Made by a program: the position numbers and the translations under genes
Sequence record: NZ_CP058956.1
DNA: 43,513 nt
Direction: 5' to 3' (one strand)
Source: a plasmid
The notes under the pieces: generated by a model
What the model was told of the DNA's origin: nothing
The model's input: only the letters and a program-made list of their open reading frames with translations
The model's database searches: none
Shown: one piece after another, positions 26,029-36,212 of the stretch
Layout of the letters: each line of letters opens with the position of its first letter
How positions within the stretch are numbered: the first letter of the stretch is position 1

Positions 26029-27954
26029 TTATCCCATTGGGTACTCGATTTCCTGACCACTTTGCTCATCGGATGGCAGGTTGTTTTCAGCCCGATACAG
26101 CGCACGGCAGAAGGATTGCGTCGACATCTTGTTGCTTACGGCAAACTTGACGCCGTACTTCTTGCAGGCCTTAGCAAGCGACCAGGACGATGGATGGTTC
26201 GCGTAGGACTTGATCATGATCACCATATCAAGATTCTTGACCGCCTTTTCGATCTTCTTGCTCTTGCCGGCGAACGCGTTGATCAGCCGTGGATCCCCGT
26301 TGCAGGCCTTAACCGTGGCTTTCAGAATCTCGCCGTTTTGACCATTGCCGATCGCGATGCCGACTTTTTGTCCTTTCAGATCGACCCTCAGCTTCTTGGC
26401 GTCTTGAGTTCCTTGCTGCATGCTGCCAAAGATCTGCTTGCTTAAACCAAGCGCGAGATGCATCTTTTCCTTTTTAGCGGGCTTCTTTTCCGCGGATTTC
26501 TGCTTTGGTGCCTTTTCTACCGGCTGATTATCGTCTTCAAGCGGGTAGACCCAGCGAATCGTCATACTGTCCTGGGCGTTGTCATCGTTGGCGTACCAGG
26601 CCAGATCCACAATATCGCCATCCTGCACCATGAACTGAATGCGGTCATCCTTGACGTGATAGGTAACCTTGGATCCATTGACCTTCAGCCGCTTTCCATA
26701 GATGTTATGGGTAACGACCAGCTCGCCATCCTTGTTTTCGACTACGGCTTGGCGGAATACCTCAATCGGATCATAGTCCAAATCCAGATGGCCAGTGACC
26801 CGTTTGATATATGCCTTGGATAATGATTGGTAGGGCTCGCCATCAGCTGTAACGATATCGCCATCTTGCAGATTCAGCATTCGGATCATCTTCTCGCTGA
26901 TAAAGAACGCCTGCTGACCGTAGGCATCCAACAGCTGAGCCCCAGTCAGACGACGCTGCACGACGTATTCGCCAGGATCCAGATCAAACACTGACGATTG
27001 ATCAAGCAATTCGGCAAATGATGGCTCAGTTTCTGGTTCGGAACGCGTTGGCGAAACCTGCTCCGTATCAGCTTCGTTCTCGGCAGGCTTCTCAACTGGT
27101 TCATTATCAACATTGACCATGTCAGCCGCTTTAGGTTCTTCGGCCGGTTCAACGGTCTGCTTGTCCGCTGCGCTTTGCCGTTCTTTCAATAGCGCGTCAA
27201 ATCGTTGAGCCGTCTCTTCCTTGATCAGCCCCTTCATCTGCACCTCAGCAACTGCTTCTTGAAAGGCGGTCAGCTTGGAAGCATTATCGGCTTTCTTGGC
27301 CAGATCAATGCCGGTCGCGATCAGGCGCTCGATCAGCTGACTAATATTTCCCTTACCAATCAGCATGTCCTGATATGTTTGCCGTGCCTGTTTCAGCTGC
27401 TGCGACGCGATCAGATAGTAAGCGTTGGTCGTTGCATTGTCTTCATCGCCCAGATTATAGTGGCAGTCCTCGAGATTCTTCTTCAGCGTGCCAAACGATG
27501 GCTGATATTCTGAATCCTTGACTACTCTGCGCAGCTCGTTGGCGGTCGTTTCCATAATCGACTTAAAAATATGAATCGCGTCATACTGGGCCAGCGTCAA
27601 GGCATCGCGCTTTTCGGCTGGATTTTCAGTATTATCCTCGTCAGAAACTGATACCTCATCCTGCTCAGTCTGAGTGCCCTCATCATTGTCAGCCATCTCA
27701 GTTTCTTGAATATCTTCAACGGCCTCGCTTGCTTCATTCTGCTCAATTGCCGTGTCTGGCGAGGATGCCGTTTCAAGCGGCTCAATCGTCTCTTCATTTC
27801 TTTCAGGCTCGCTTGGCAATCCGCTGCTCATCGGATTCTGATAGCCGGACTGATGCCGTAACAGATTCACGATCGACTGGACTGCTTCAATTCCTTCAAT
27901 GCTGGGATTAGTGCCCTTAATAATATTAATTATATCTTTTCGATAATCATACAT
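26029..27954 (-). CDS. hypothetical 641-aa protein (acidic central region, basic C-terminal domain)
   Basis: Long ORF immediately upstream of the iteron arrays. No motif I can assign. Confidence 0.55.
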   Translation of the reverse strand: MYDYRKDIINIIKGTNPSIEGIEAVQSIVNLLRHQSGYQNPMSSGLPSEPERNEETIEPLETASSPDTAIEQNEASEAVEDIQETEMADNDEGTQTEQDEVSVSDEDNTENPAEKRDALTLAQYDAIHIFKSIMETTANELRRVVKDSEYQPSFGTLKKNLEDCHYNLGDEDNATTNAYYLIASQQLKQARQTYQDMLIGKGNISQLIERLIATGIDLAKKADNASKLTAFQEAVAEVQMKGLIKEETAQRFDALLKERQSAADKQTVEPAEEPKAADMVNVDNEPVEKPAENEADTEQVSPTRSEPETEPSFAELLDQSSVFDLDPGEYVVQRRLTGAQLLDAYGQQAFFISEKMIRMLNLQDGDIVTADGEPYQSLSKAYIKRVTGHLDLDYDPIEVFRQAVVENKDGELVVTHNIYGKRLKVNGSKVTYHVKDDRIQFMVQDGDIVDLAWYANDDNAQDSMTIRWVYPLEDDNQPVEKAPKQKSAEKKPAKKEKMHLALGLSKQIFGSMQQGTQDAKKLRVDLKGQKVGIAIGNGQNGEILKATVKACNGDPRLINAFAGKSKKIEKAVKNLDMVIMIKSYANHPSSWSLAKACKKYGVKFAVSNKMSTQSFCRALYRAENNLPSDEQSGQEIEYPMG

Positions 27955-28104
27955 AATTCTTCACCTCAATTTTGATTTTATCAACCAATCCGGACAATAA
28001 GCGTCTATGTATGAAAAAAAGCCCTAAAAATTTTTGAAATTATGACAAATAAACCAAGTCAGCGGAGTGTAAGTTGAACCAACTCGGAACCAATCTTTTA
28101 TCGT

Positions 28105-28296
28105 GGATTATTTACTTTTTACAATTCACAATTTACAATCTACTATTTACAATTTATTATTTACATTGTAGAAGTTTTCTGCAACGGGATATAAATGCCC
28201 ATATATCAGCATATCTTAACCGTAAATAATCCACTTTCCACAATTTACAATCTACTATTTACTATTCATAATTCATTATTTACATTGTTGGAGTTT
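28105..28296 (-). repeat. iteron array A1
   Basis: Tandem degenerate 11-14-bp units. On this strand they read 'ttacaattcacaatttacaatctactatttacaattt', the reverse complement of 'AATTGTAAATAGTGAATTGTAAA'. Confidence 0.7.
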
Positions 28297-28535
28297 ATTA
28301 AATAAGCAAAAGTCTGCCGATAAAGATATCAAAAAACAAGAGATACCTGCTCATCATTCATCAAAAAAGACGACCCGTTATGATCAGCGGATCGTCTTCT
28401 GATATTAAAAAATCGGAACTGGCTTTTGCCAATCCCGATTCAATCAATTAATATGGCAGCTCTTTAACCTTTGGCGAGTTTTGAAATGGCCTTTAATCCT
28501 CTTTTATCAACCTCGATCATTGATGATAATTTATC

Positions 28536-28722
28536 ATTCACAATTAATTGTTTACAATCCACTATCTACTATTAACTATTTACATTGTAGAAGTTTATAA
28601 CATTATCACTTAAGACCCTTTGTATAGCGGTTTATACTACGTTAACATTTTACAATTCACAATGCACAATCTATTATTTACAATTCATTATTTATTATTT
28701 ACATTGTATAAGTTTACAAACA
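28536..28722 (-). repeat. iteron array A2
   Basis: Same unit family as A1, in two sub-clusters separated by about 55 bp. Confidence 0.7.
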
Positions 28723-28794
28723 GCAACGAGCAGTATCGCTTAACCGACGTAGATATTATCCCAAATCCGTCAATTTCGGTCCTGTAATTTTTAA

Positions 28795-29006
28795 CCCCAA
28801 AAAGGAATTCCTGATGTTATTCAAGACTACATGCACTCATATATGACTAGAACTTCCTGTATATAAATATAAAGAGGGTGTATATGCATCCCCCAAGCCG
28901 GCGGAGCATGAGCGAATCATGGGGCTCACTCGAGGCGACGGCAAGCATGGCACATGCGGCCCGCCGGAGAGGAGACCCGTGGAGCGGAAGCGGAGCCGGC
29001 CTGGGG
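28795..29006 (-). repeat. GC-rich structured repeat, copy 2 (adjacent to the tnpB 3' end; candidate omegaRNA/right-end module)
   Basis: It lies between the iteron arrays and the tnpB stop at 29173. The interval 29010-29170 holds further perfect hairpins, for example 'ccaccgatt aaa atcggtgg'. Confidence 0.6.
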
Positions 29007-29172
29007 AGCGTCTAAAACCAAAGAAAAAGCCAAGCCGTCAACTACCACCGATTAAAATCGGTGGCTTGCAGCTCACAAGCCTAACGGCTTAGAAGTAGTA
29101 ACGCACTAACGTGCTTCTTCTGCTGTGGCTACATCATCGGGTGGTTGACGACACCCGTTTAACCAACGAGGT

Positions 29173-30417
29173 TTACTCATTAGTCGTTAATTTACTAAAA
29201 GATGGACGTTCATTGCCGCTAATATACTGAGTACCCAAGAGTTGAATGTTCATGGCGCCAATCCGATCGTCATTAGATTTGTACCCGCATCGATCGCAAA
29301 CATACAAATGTTCTTGATGGTTACGATTGTTTTTCCAGATGCGACCACATTTTGGACAACGTTGGCTCGTGTATTTAGCTGAAACTTGAATTACTTCGCT
29401 CCCGACTAAACGAGCCTTATAAGTTAAAAATTGGCCTAGCTGATAGAAAGCCCAGGATACTTGTTCGTAGCGCTTTGCTTTTGTAACCTTTTCAGTCGCA
29501 AATCGTACATTAACTAGATTTTCCAAAACAAAAAGGGTATCAGCACCATAACGGTTAACGAGTGTCTTTGACAACTGATGATTGACATCAGTCATCCAGC
29601 GGTTCTCTCGTTGACCAATCTTCTTTAATCGGCGCTTGGCTGATTTAGTTCCCTTGCTTTGCAGCTGTTGGCGTAATCGTTTAAATTTACGGCGCTTGCG
29701 TATTACTTCTTGACCCTGGAAAAACAACGTTTTCCCTTGCTCATCATACGCAGTTGCCAAGAATCTTAATCCTCGATCAATACCGACTACATGTTGTGAT
29801 TGTTCTTTTAGGTAGTCTGGCAGTTCCTTGGTTGCACTAATGTGCATGTACCACTTACTGCCAATATGTAATATCTTAGCTATACCAAATTGCCAAGTGC
29901 CGTCTAAATATTGATCAAATCCTTGGCAAGTAAATGGTGCTTTTATACGACCATTAACTGTATTGATAGACATTACATGATTGTCTTTAAGTGACCAATC
30001 ACGATTGCGTTGTAAATCTAATTGAGGTCGTTTAAAACTGATAGGATACCACAGCCACTCTAGAGTGCGGGACTCACTTTCCCAAATATCATTGCCGTAT
30101 TGATCCTGCCTGCCTGTGTTATAACGATAAGGCTTTTGAGCCAATTGTGTTTTAACGGTTCGGTAACGAGCAACGACATTACGAATTGCTGACTGAGCCA
30201 TTTGCGCTTTTAATCCATAATCGCTTCGCAATTGATGGTACAACGCCTTATTTAACTTCGCTTGAGCCATTTCAAAGTTATGGTTAAACATATACTGAGA
30301 AACTGCATTACAAGCCTGCCGGTAATTCTCTAAAGATTTAGCTAAAGCTGATTCATCGAGTGGTGACTGTAACTTTAATTTACATTTAATAGTAATGGCT
30401 TGTTGCATTAGGTTCAC
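29173..30417 (-). CDS. tnpB: TnpB (IS200/IS605-family OrfB, RNA-guided nuclease; tnpB-only, IS1341-type)
   Basis: 414 aa. RuvC-I 'VVGIDRG', RuvC-II 'VLENL', zinc finger 'CPKCG...CDRCG' and RuvC-III 'NDDRIGAMNI' are all intact. Confidence 0.85.
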   Translation of the reverse strand: MNLMQQAITIKCKLKLQSPLDESALAKSLENYRQACNAVSQYMFNHNFEMAQAKLNKALYHQLRSDYGLKAQMAQSAIRNVVARYRTVKTQLAQKPYRYNTGRQDQYGNDIWESESRTLEWLWYPISFKRPQLDLQRNRDWSLKDNHVMSINTVNGRIKAPFTCQGFDQYLDGTWQFGIAKILHIGSKWYMHISATKELPDYLKEQSQHVVGIDRGLRFLATAYDEQGKTLFFQGQEVIRKRRKFKRLRQQLQSKGTKSAKRRLKKIGQRENRWMTDVNHQLSKTLVNRYGADTLFVLENLVNVRFATEKVTKAKRYEQVSWAFYQLGQFLTYKARLVGSEVIQVSAKYTSQRCPKCGRIWKNNRNHQEHLYVCDRCGYKSNDDRIGAMNIQLLGTQYISGNERPSFSKLTTNE

Positions 30418-30720
30418 CTCACTTTCTTCATAGCTTAATTATACTATATTTATATATGAAGTTTAAGAAAGAAAAAAGGTAAAAAAGAAGAGGTTGGAAA
30501 AAAAGTCTCAAAACTAAAGAATCGCTAGGAACCACGTTGCTGAAAACGTTGATTTCTAGCGATTTTTAATATTACTATTCTCTAAAATTCATCTGAAAAT
30601 ATAGTTTTTTCCCAACCTCTTGAATGGGGGGTTCCTCCCGCCACTAAAGTAGCGGGTATCCAGCCTATGCATTATCAATGAACTCGTCACGACCTGGCTT
30701 ATTTTAAATTAACGTCACCA

Positions 30721-31913
30721 CTAGCCGAAATACTTCAGCAGCGCGGTAACCTCTTCCTTGGTCAGCTCAAAGGACGTATTGCCGGCAAATCGTTCATGAA
30801 GCACCTCATCCGCGTTCTTGGCCAACTCTTCGTTCGAGACGCCATAGTCGGAAAATGGATGCAGTCCGACCTGCTCGTCACGGAACTTCAGATAGGCCTG
30901 CTTGGTGATCGCGCCAATTTCGTCTGGTGTTTCATCTCCAGTAAACTCGGCGCCCAGAATCTTGCCAATCTCCTTGACCTTCTTAGACAGTACAGAGACC
31001 GACATCTCAAGCACGGAAGGCAGAGCATAGGCAACCGCCTCACCATGGACGAAATGATACTTGGATCCCAGAATGTGAGCTTCTGAATGCGCCACGATGG
31101 TTCCAGACTGGTTAAGAATCCAGCCCGCCAAGTTGGTAGCCACCATCATTCGCTCACGATACTCAATGTTCTGGCCTTCCGCAACCGCTTTAGGCAGATA
31201 GTTGGCACACAGGAACATGATCTTTTCTGAGATGGCATAGGCCACGGGACTGCTTAGATTGGACAGGTAGCCTTCTGCGGCGTGCGAGAAGACGTCCAAA
31301 CCGCTGGCAATCGTTTGGCGCTTTGGCAGACTCAGCGTCAGTTTAGGGATCAGCAGCGCGTAATCACTCAAGATGCGGTCCGATAAGATAGCATTCTTCT
31401 CAGGGTCGTTTCATCGGTAACTACGAGCGCGTTGGACATCTCGCTCCCAGTACCGGCCGTGGTAGGCACGCTGATCAGACACTTGAAGTCACGGATAAGC
31501 GATTCGTCTTTTACGTAGTCGAGGATATCGCGGCTGTCGCCATTGCTGGCCACGATGTCGATTCCCTTGGCACTGTCCAGGCAGCTCCCACCACCGATTG
31601 CGATCACGCAGTCCGCGCCAAAGTTTTTCATTGATTCCGCGCCCTTATTGATGACGCTGGCAGGCGGGTCTGGTACGATCTCGCTGTAGACCGCCGTCTC
31701 AATGCCATTCTCATCCATTTCGGCGAGCATTTCCTGTACGGCTGGCACGCCCATCAAAAACTGATCGAGCACTACCATTACGCGCCGTTTATCCTCTAGC
31801 TTGAGAATCTCCATGATTGATTTGGCCAGATCGTGTTCGACGACGACCTTGATCGGTTGCTGCATTCTGATTTTCATATTCCACGCCCCTCGCATTCTCT
31901 TGATTGATGACAA
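30721..31913 (-). pseudogene. iron-containing alcohol dehydrogenase, split by a 1-nt frameshift near 31400
   Basis: The 181-aa N-terminal fragment ('GGGSCLDSAKG' NAD motif) and the 216-aa C-terminal fragment overlap at 31368-31371. Restoring one G in 'ctg(g)agaag' rejoins them as '...TTLEKNAILSDRILSDYALLIP...'. Confidence 0.75.
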
Positions 31914-31964
31914 TCAGAGCCTCCCCTGACTCTGGATCGCGTTAATCGTCTCGCTTTTTGGATT

Positions 31965-32671
31965 CTACAGACCAATCTCCGCTGCGGCTTTGTCAGCGGC
32001 CTCGCAGAACGCCTTGACCTTTGGAATGTCTTTTTCCATGTTGCCGTGGTCGTACTCGATGCTCGTCTTGGTCAGCGAGTCGACGCCGTATGGACGAATC
32101 TTCTTGATCGCGTCCGCCACGTTATCTGGTCCCAGTCCACTAGCTTCAATTACCTTGGCATTGACCGACTTGACGATTTCAGCATCGATATTCCAGTCGT
32201 GCGTCTGACCGGAAGTACCAATCCCCGTGTCAGGAGCCAGGCCAGAGTCCAGCAGAATGTAGTCGACGAATGGATCAACCTTCTTGACGCGCTCAATGGC
32301 TCCCTTGCCATCAACCAGCACTGCCTGCATCAGTTCAGTGTCAGGAGCGACTTCTTTCAAACGCTTGGCGAATTCCTCGTCAGCCGTGTAGCCATCCCCT
32401 GCCACGTGCAGAATCTCTGGCCGCAGGCGCTTGGCCAGGTCGATCATCTCATCTGGATCGTTCGTCAGCATGATCAGAACCATCTTGGCTCCGCGCAGCC
32501 GACATTCTTCATGAATCTGGTCAACCCGGTACAGCGGTACCAGCCGATGTCGACTCGAGATGCACCCACCGACTGAGCATTGGTCTTCTTGTACAAGGTC
32601 GCCATGGTGTTGCGATAGACATGATACTCCTGGGACAGCTCGCTGATCAGTTCCGAGTACCGTCGCTCCAC
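31965..32671 (-). pseudogene. TIM-barrel family protein, split by a 1-nt frameshift near 32566
   Basis: The 65-aa N-terminal fragment and the 172-aa C-terminal fragment rejoin if G3 becomes G4 in 'gtgggtgc', giving '...SVGGCISSRHRLVPLYRVDQIHEECRLRGAKMVLIML...'. Confidence 0.5.
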
Positions 32672-32729
32672 GTTCAGTAAGCGTCCACTGGTCTAGTCGC
32701 CCGACGAGAATTTTATTGCCGATTTTTAC

Positions 32730-34265
32730 CTATGCCATTCCCGGATTGAGACCGTTTTGCTTGAAGCCGAAAATCTGCTTTTTGAAATCCTTAAGCGAAA
32801 ATGGCGGCTGGAATTTCTCATGCTCTGAACTTGGCGACTGCTGCTCCGTGTTTGCTGATGACGCGAAACGACGCTTGTCATCTGGCGCGGCTTTAGGATA
32901 GGCGTCCATAAATTCAGCCGCGGTCTGCCCAATGGCCTTTTCCACGATTCGCTGTTGAGCGTCGTTGGATTGCGGCACGTTTTTTTCGTTGGCGATCCGC
33001 TTCGTCAGCCAGTCTACCGGATAGTCGGCAAATTGATTGTTTTGAGCGCTTGGCTGGGTAATGGCATCGTTCATCGCGTTAGATGTCTGAGCGTTCCGAT
33101 CAAAGTTACACGTGAAATTTGAGCTGTTTGCGTCAACGGGATTGCTGGACTGCCAATTCTGCTTTGACGGCATGATCGGCACTTCACGGAACTCGTATTC
33201 TGATTCAGATGCTGCATGGCTTTGTGCGGGACTTGGCGCGTCGTCTTCCGGCAGTTTGAGAATTGGAATCTTAGGCGCGCTGCGGAACTGGCTAAGCATC
33301 TCCTGCGTCATGATCCGGAATTTCTTGCGATTCTGGTTCATAGTCGAAAAGCTTGCGTCCAGGAATTCAGCAGCCTTGAGATGATCATAGACCATGTCGT
33401 CCAGATTGGTGATGCCATTGGCGCGATCCGTGTAGAGAATCTGGGCGATATAGGCCGGTGGATTGCTGATTGAATATCTTTTGCTGAGTTTGATGGCACA
33501 GCTCAGCATTCTGGCGCCAAACTGCTTCTGCAGACTTTCCAGATAACGAGCCGTGTAGTTGGTAAGATGCCCAAACTGCGAACGATACAGGGCGAACGCG
33601 AAGTCCAGATCATTATCGTCAACGAGTCCTAAAGAGCGTTCTTCAACCGGCTCATTCGATGGCTTCGTTTTTTGATCATCAGCGGCTGTTGGCTGGTGCG
33701 TGTCGTCAGATTTTGCGGACGCGATGTTGATGGCTTCGTTTTGAATTTTTTCCTCGCGATTTTTCGCGGAGGAATCAATCGAATCTACGTTGTCTAGATA
33801 GTTATGTAATAGCTTTGTCTTACTTGTGTTCACATTTTGCACGTTACGGCGTTCAGATTCTGTACTCCGGGTGAATTGTTGATATGACGAGGTTTGATAG
33901 CTGTTTTGGGTGTTTTCGCGGTGTTCACATTTTGCACTCCGCACGTAATTGTTGACATACACCCGATATTCACTCATTCCGGTTCGTTCAACATGAATCA
34001 GACCAAACTTGATCAGCTTTTTCCGAGCGTTGGTCACGGTATGGCGAGACGTGTGCAGCAAGTCGGCCATCTCATCGTTGGTGAAGTAGATAAATGGCTG
34101 GCCGTTGCTATCGATGAAGCGTGGGTTGCCGTTTTGCGCGTTGCGGATTGAGCCATCAAGCCGTGAGCGGTAGAGAGAATACATCAGCATTGAATTGCCA
34201 TCGAGTTTTCGATAGTTGTCATTTTGGAGCAGGTCCAGCTCGACTTTAACAAATTTTGAAGTCAT
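32730..34265 (-). CDS. repA: plasmid replication initiator, RepA_N family, with a DnaD/DnaB_2-like C-terminal region
   Basis: 511 aa. The N-terminus 'LLQNDNYRKLDGNSMLMYSLYRSRLDGSIRNAQ...FIYFTNDEMADLLHTSRHTVTNARKKLIKFGLI' is RepA_N-like. 'FALYRSQFGHLTNYTARYLESLQKQFGARMLSCAIKLS' is DnaD-like. RBS 'ggaaggag' lies upstream. Confidence 0.8.
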   Translation of the reverse strand: MTSKFVKVELDLLQNDNYRKLDGNSMLMYSLYRSRLDGSIRNAQNGNPRFIDSNGQPFIYFTNDEMADLLHTSRHTVTNARKKLIKFGLIHVERTGMSEYRVYVNNYVRSAKCEHRENTQNSYQTSSYQQFTRSTESERRNVQNVNTSKTKLLHNYLDNVDSIDSSAKNREEKIQNEAINIASAKSDDTHQPTAADDQKTKPSNEPVEERSLGLVDDNDLDFAFALYRSQFGHLTNYTARYLESLQKQFGARMLSCAIKLSKRYSISNPPAYIAQILYTDRANGITNLDDMVYDHLKAAEFLDASFSTMNQNRKKFRIMTQEMLSQFRSAPKIPILKLPEDDAPSPAQSHAASESEYEFREVPIMPSKQNWQSSNPVDANSSNFTCNFDRNAQTSNAMNDAITQPSAQNNQFADYPVDWLTKRIANEKNVPQSNDAQQRIVEKAIGQTAAEFMDAYPKAAPDDKRRFASSANTEQQSPSSEHEKFQPPFSLKDFKKQIFGFKQNGLNPGMA

Positions 34266-34389
34266 AAAAAAAATCTCCTTCCTTACCAGCGGCAGTGAAA
34301 GAGACTATCTCAAAAACACTCAAGCACTTTCAGCAATTCGCAAAAGTCATGCGACCAAGCCAATTGCCTTTGATGAACGCACTCAATAA

Positions 34390-34537
34390 TGCTATAATGT
34401 GACTACATTAAAAAATAAATCAAACTGGATATCTCAATCTTTACATTCAATCTTTACATTATAGCATCATGATTGCAGTGCTTGAGTATTCAGGATAATC
34501 TCAGAATCATGAGCGGCCACTCATGATTCTTTTTTTA
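34390..34537 (+). ncRNA. candidate antisense counter-transcript in the repA leader
   Basis: A plus-strand extended -10 'tgctataat' (34390-34398) is followed about 105 nt later by a perfect 11-bp hairpin 'agaatcatgag cggcca ctcatgattct' and a T7 run (34503-34537). The transcript would be antisense to the repA 5' region. Confidence 0.35.
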
Positions 34538-34807
34538 TTGCCTGAATCTCTAATTCGTTTTATGTTTTATAAAGAACATTCTGCTGCTTATTCTAACCAT
34601 TTTGATTAAAACGGTTACAAAGACATTTTAACCGATATCGATTAAATTTTGCAGTCTTGATCTAACAAAGTTCAAAACGATTTACGCCTTCAAGACCAAC
34701 CGTTTTGGATGATCGATTCTCTAACAACTCCATGTGGTTTTCATATCGATCATTAAAGTAATAATTACACATAAATATTCCTAAATCAATAGCGATTTTC
34801 GGGTAGT

Positions 34808-34957
34808 TAACTATTTACAATTCACTATTAACAATTTACAATGTGGAAGATGAATGAGAGAAAATTGGCAGATTCGAAATCCCTTGTGTCAGAATAGATT
34901 AGAAAAACTCTGCTAATGTTAACAATTCACAATTAATTATTCATTATTTGCTATTTA
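34808..34957 (-). repeat. iteron array A3, between repA and parA
   Basis: 'tatttacaattcactattaacaatttacaatgtgg ... aacaattcacaattaattattcattatttgctatttacag', the same unit family as A1 and A2. Confidence 0.65.
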
Positions 34958-35031
34958 CAGCGAGAAAGTTTGATATAATATTTTTGATAACTAGCGAAAC
35001 AGCGAAAAAACTATTGATGAGGTGAAAAATA

Positions 35032-35867
35032 ATGAGTGCTACCGTAATGTCCTTTTGCAATCAAAAGGGTGGTGTCGGGAAGACGTCGACGACTGCTTTG
35101 GTCAGCTACAACCTGTCCAAGCTCGGCTACAAGACGCTGGTCATCGACTTTGACCCCCAGGCAAACATCACGCAGCTCTTTTGAAGACCAAGACGCGTGG
35201 CCAGTCTGCCGTGGCAACGATCAACAAGTCTTTGATGACGGTGTTGCAGAATGAGGAACCGCTGACCAACGCGATTCTGTCAATCAATGAAAATCTGGAT
35301 CTGATTCCAACGGCGGTTGACTTCTCTTTGTACGGTCGTTTTCTTGAGAACAAGGAATCTGATGAAAAGAGCCGTGTTTCCTACTTCCGCAAGCTGCTTG
35401 AAGATCAGCTGATTGATCGTTACGACTTTATCTTTATCGACGTTCCGCCTACGCTGGGACTTTCCAACGATACGGCCTTCTACGCCTGCGATCAGATTAT
35501 CATCGTTCTGCAGACGCAGGAACGTTCTCTGGTTGGTGCTGAATACCTGATTGAATATCTGCAGCGGGTAATCATCAATTCCTTCCAATCCAAGGTTGAC
35601 GTTATCGGCCTGCTGCCAGTGCTGTCCAAGCGCGACTCTTCCGTTGACGCCAAGATTCTTCAGTCAGCAAGCGAGGAATTTGGCGAGGACAACATTTTCA
35701 ACAGCCACATCACGATCATGGAACGGGTCAAGCGGATGGACATGACCGGGATCACCGACAACGACAAGGATGCTTGGGACCGCAAGACGCAAAACGCGTA
35801 CAAAGCGGTCGCCAAGGAAATTATCGAACGACTGAACAAGGGCAAGCAAGAAACGGATAATCAATAA
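35032..35867 (+). pseudogene. parA: ParA/Soj-family partition ATPase, interrupted by a 1-nt frameshift in the T run at 35179-35182
   Basis: Walker A 'NQKGGVGKTSTT'. Reading T4 as T5 joins '...DFDPQANITQLF' to 'LKTKTRGQS...' (the ORF at 35181-35867). RBS 'gaggtg' lies upstream. Confidence 0.8.
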
Positions 35868-35882
35868 AAGGAGCGATTTAAA

Positions 35883-36212
35883 ATGGGCTTGTTAAATCAC
35901 GACATGAAGAAGGATGAACGTCCAGAAATGAAGCACGGCGCGGACTTTGTTGTTGAAAAACAGGTCAAGCGCGAAGACATCGTTCAAAACTCTGAACAGG
36001 TTACCTACTCTACCAACGTGCGGGTCGACAACCACGTTCGCAATCAGCTGACGGCATTGGTTAACGTTGGCGCGGCCAAGAACGTGCGCGAGCTGGAAAA
36101 GAAGATGATCAGCACGGCCGTCGACCAGCTGCCAAACAGTGATCAGTCACGCTTCTACCAGATCCTGCGTATTCTGGAAGAAAAGGACATGCTGACATCA
36201 CGCAATAAGTAG
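35883..36212 (+). CDS. small ParB-like partition / DNA-binding protein (putative)
   Basis: 109 aa, 15 nt after parA, with RBS 'aaaaggag'. The position and size fit a type Ib partition adaptor. Confidence 0.5.
   Translation: MGLLNHDMKKDERPEMKHGADFVVEKQVKREDIVQNSEQVTYSTNVRVDNHVRNQLTALVNVGAAKNVRELEKKMISTAVDQLPNSDQSRFYQILRILEEKDMLTSRNK

Larger units (their letters stand above)
28795..30700 (-). mobile_element. IS200/IS605-family element carrying tnpB only (approximate extent)
   Basis: tnpB lies between a left-end region with nested hairpins (30480-30690, e.g. 'cgctag...ctagcg', 'cccgccactaaagtagcggg') and a right-end region of hairpins plus the GC-rich repeat. The exact ends are unverified. Confidence 0.45.
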
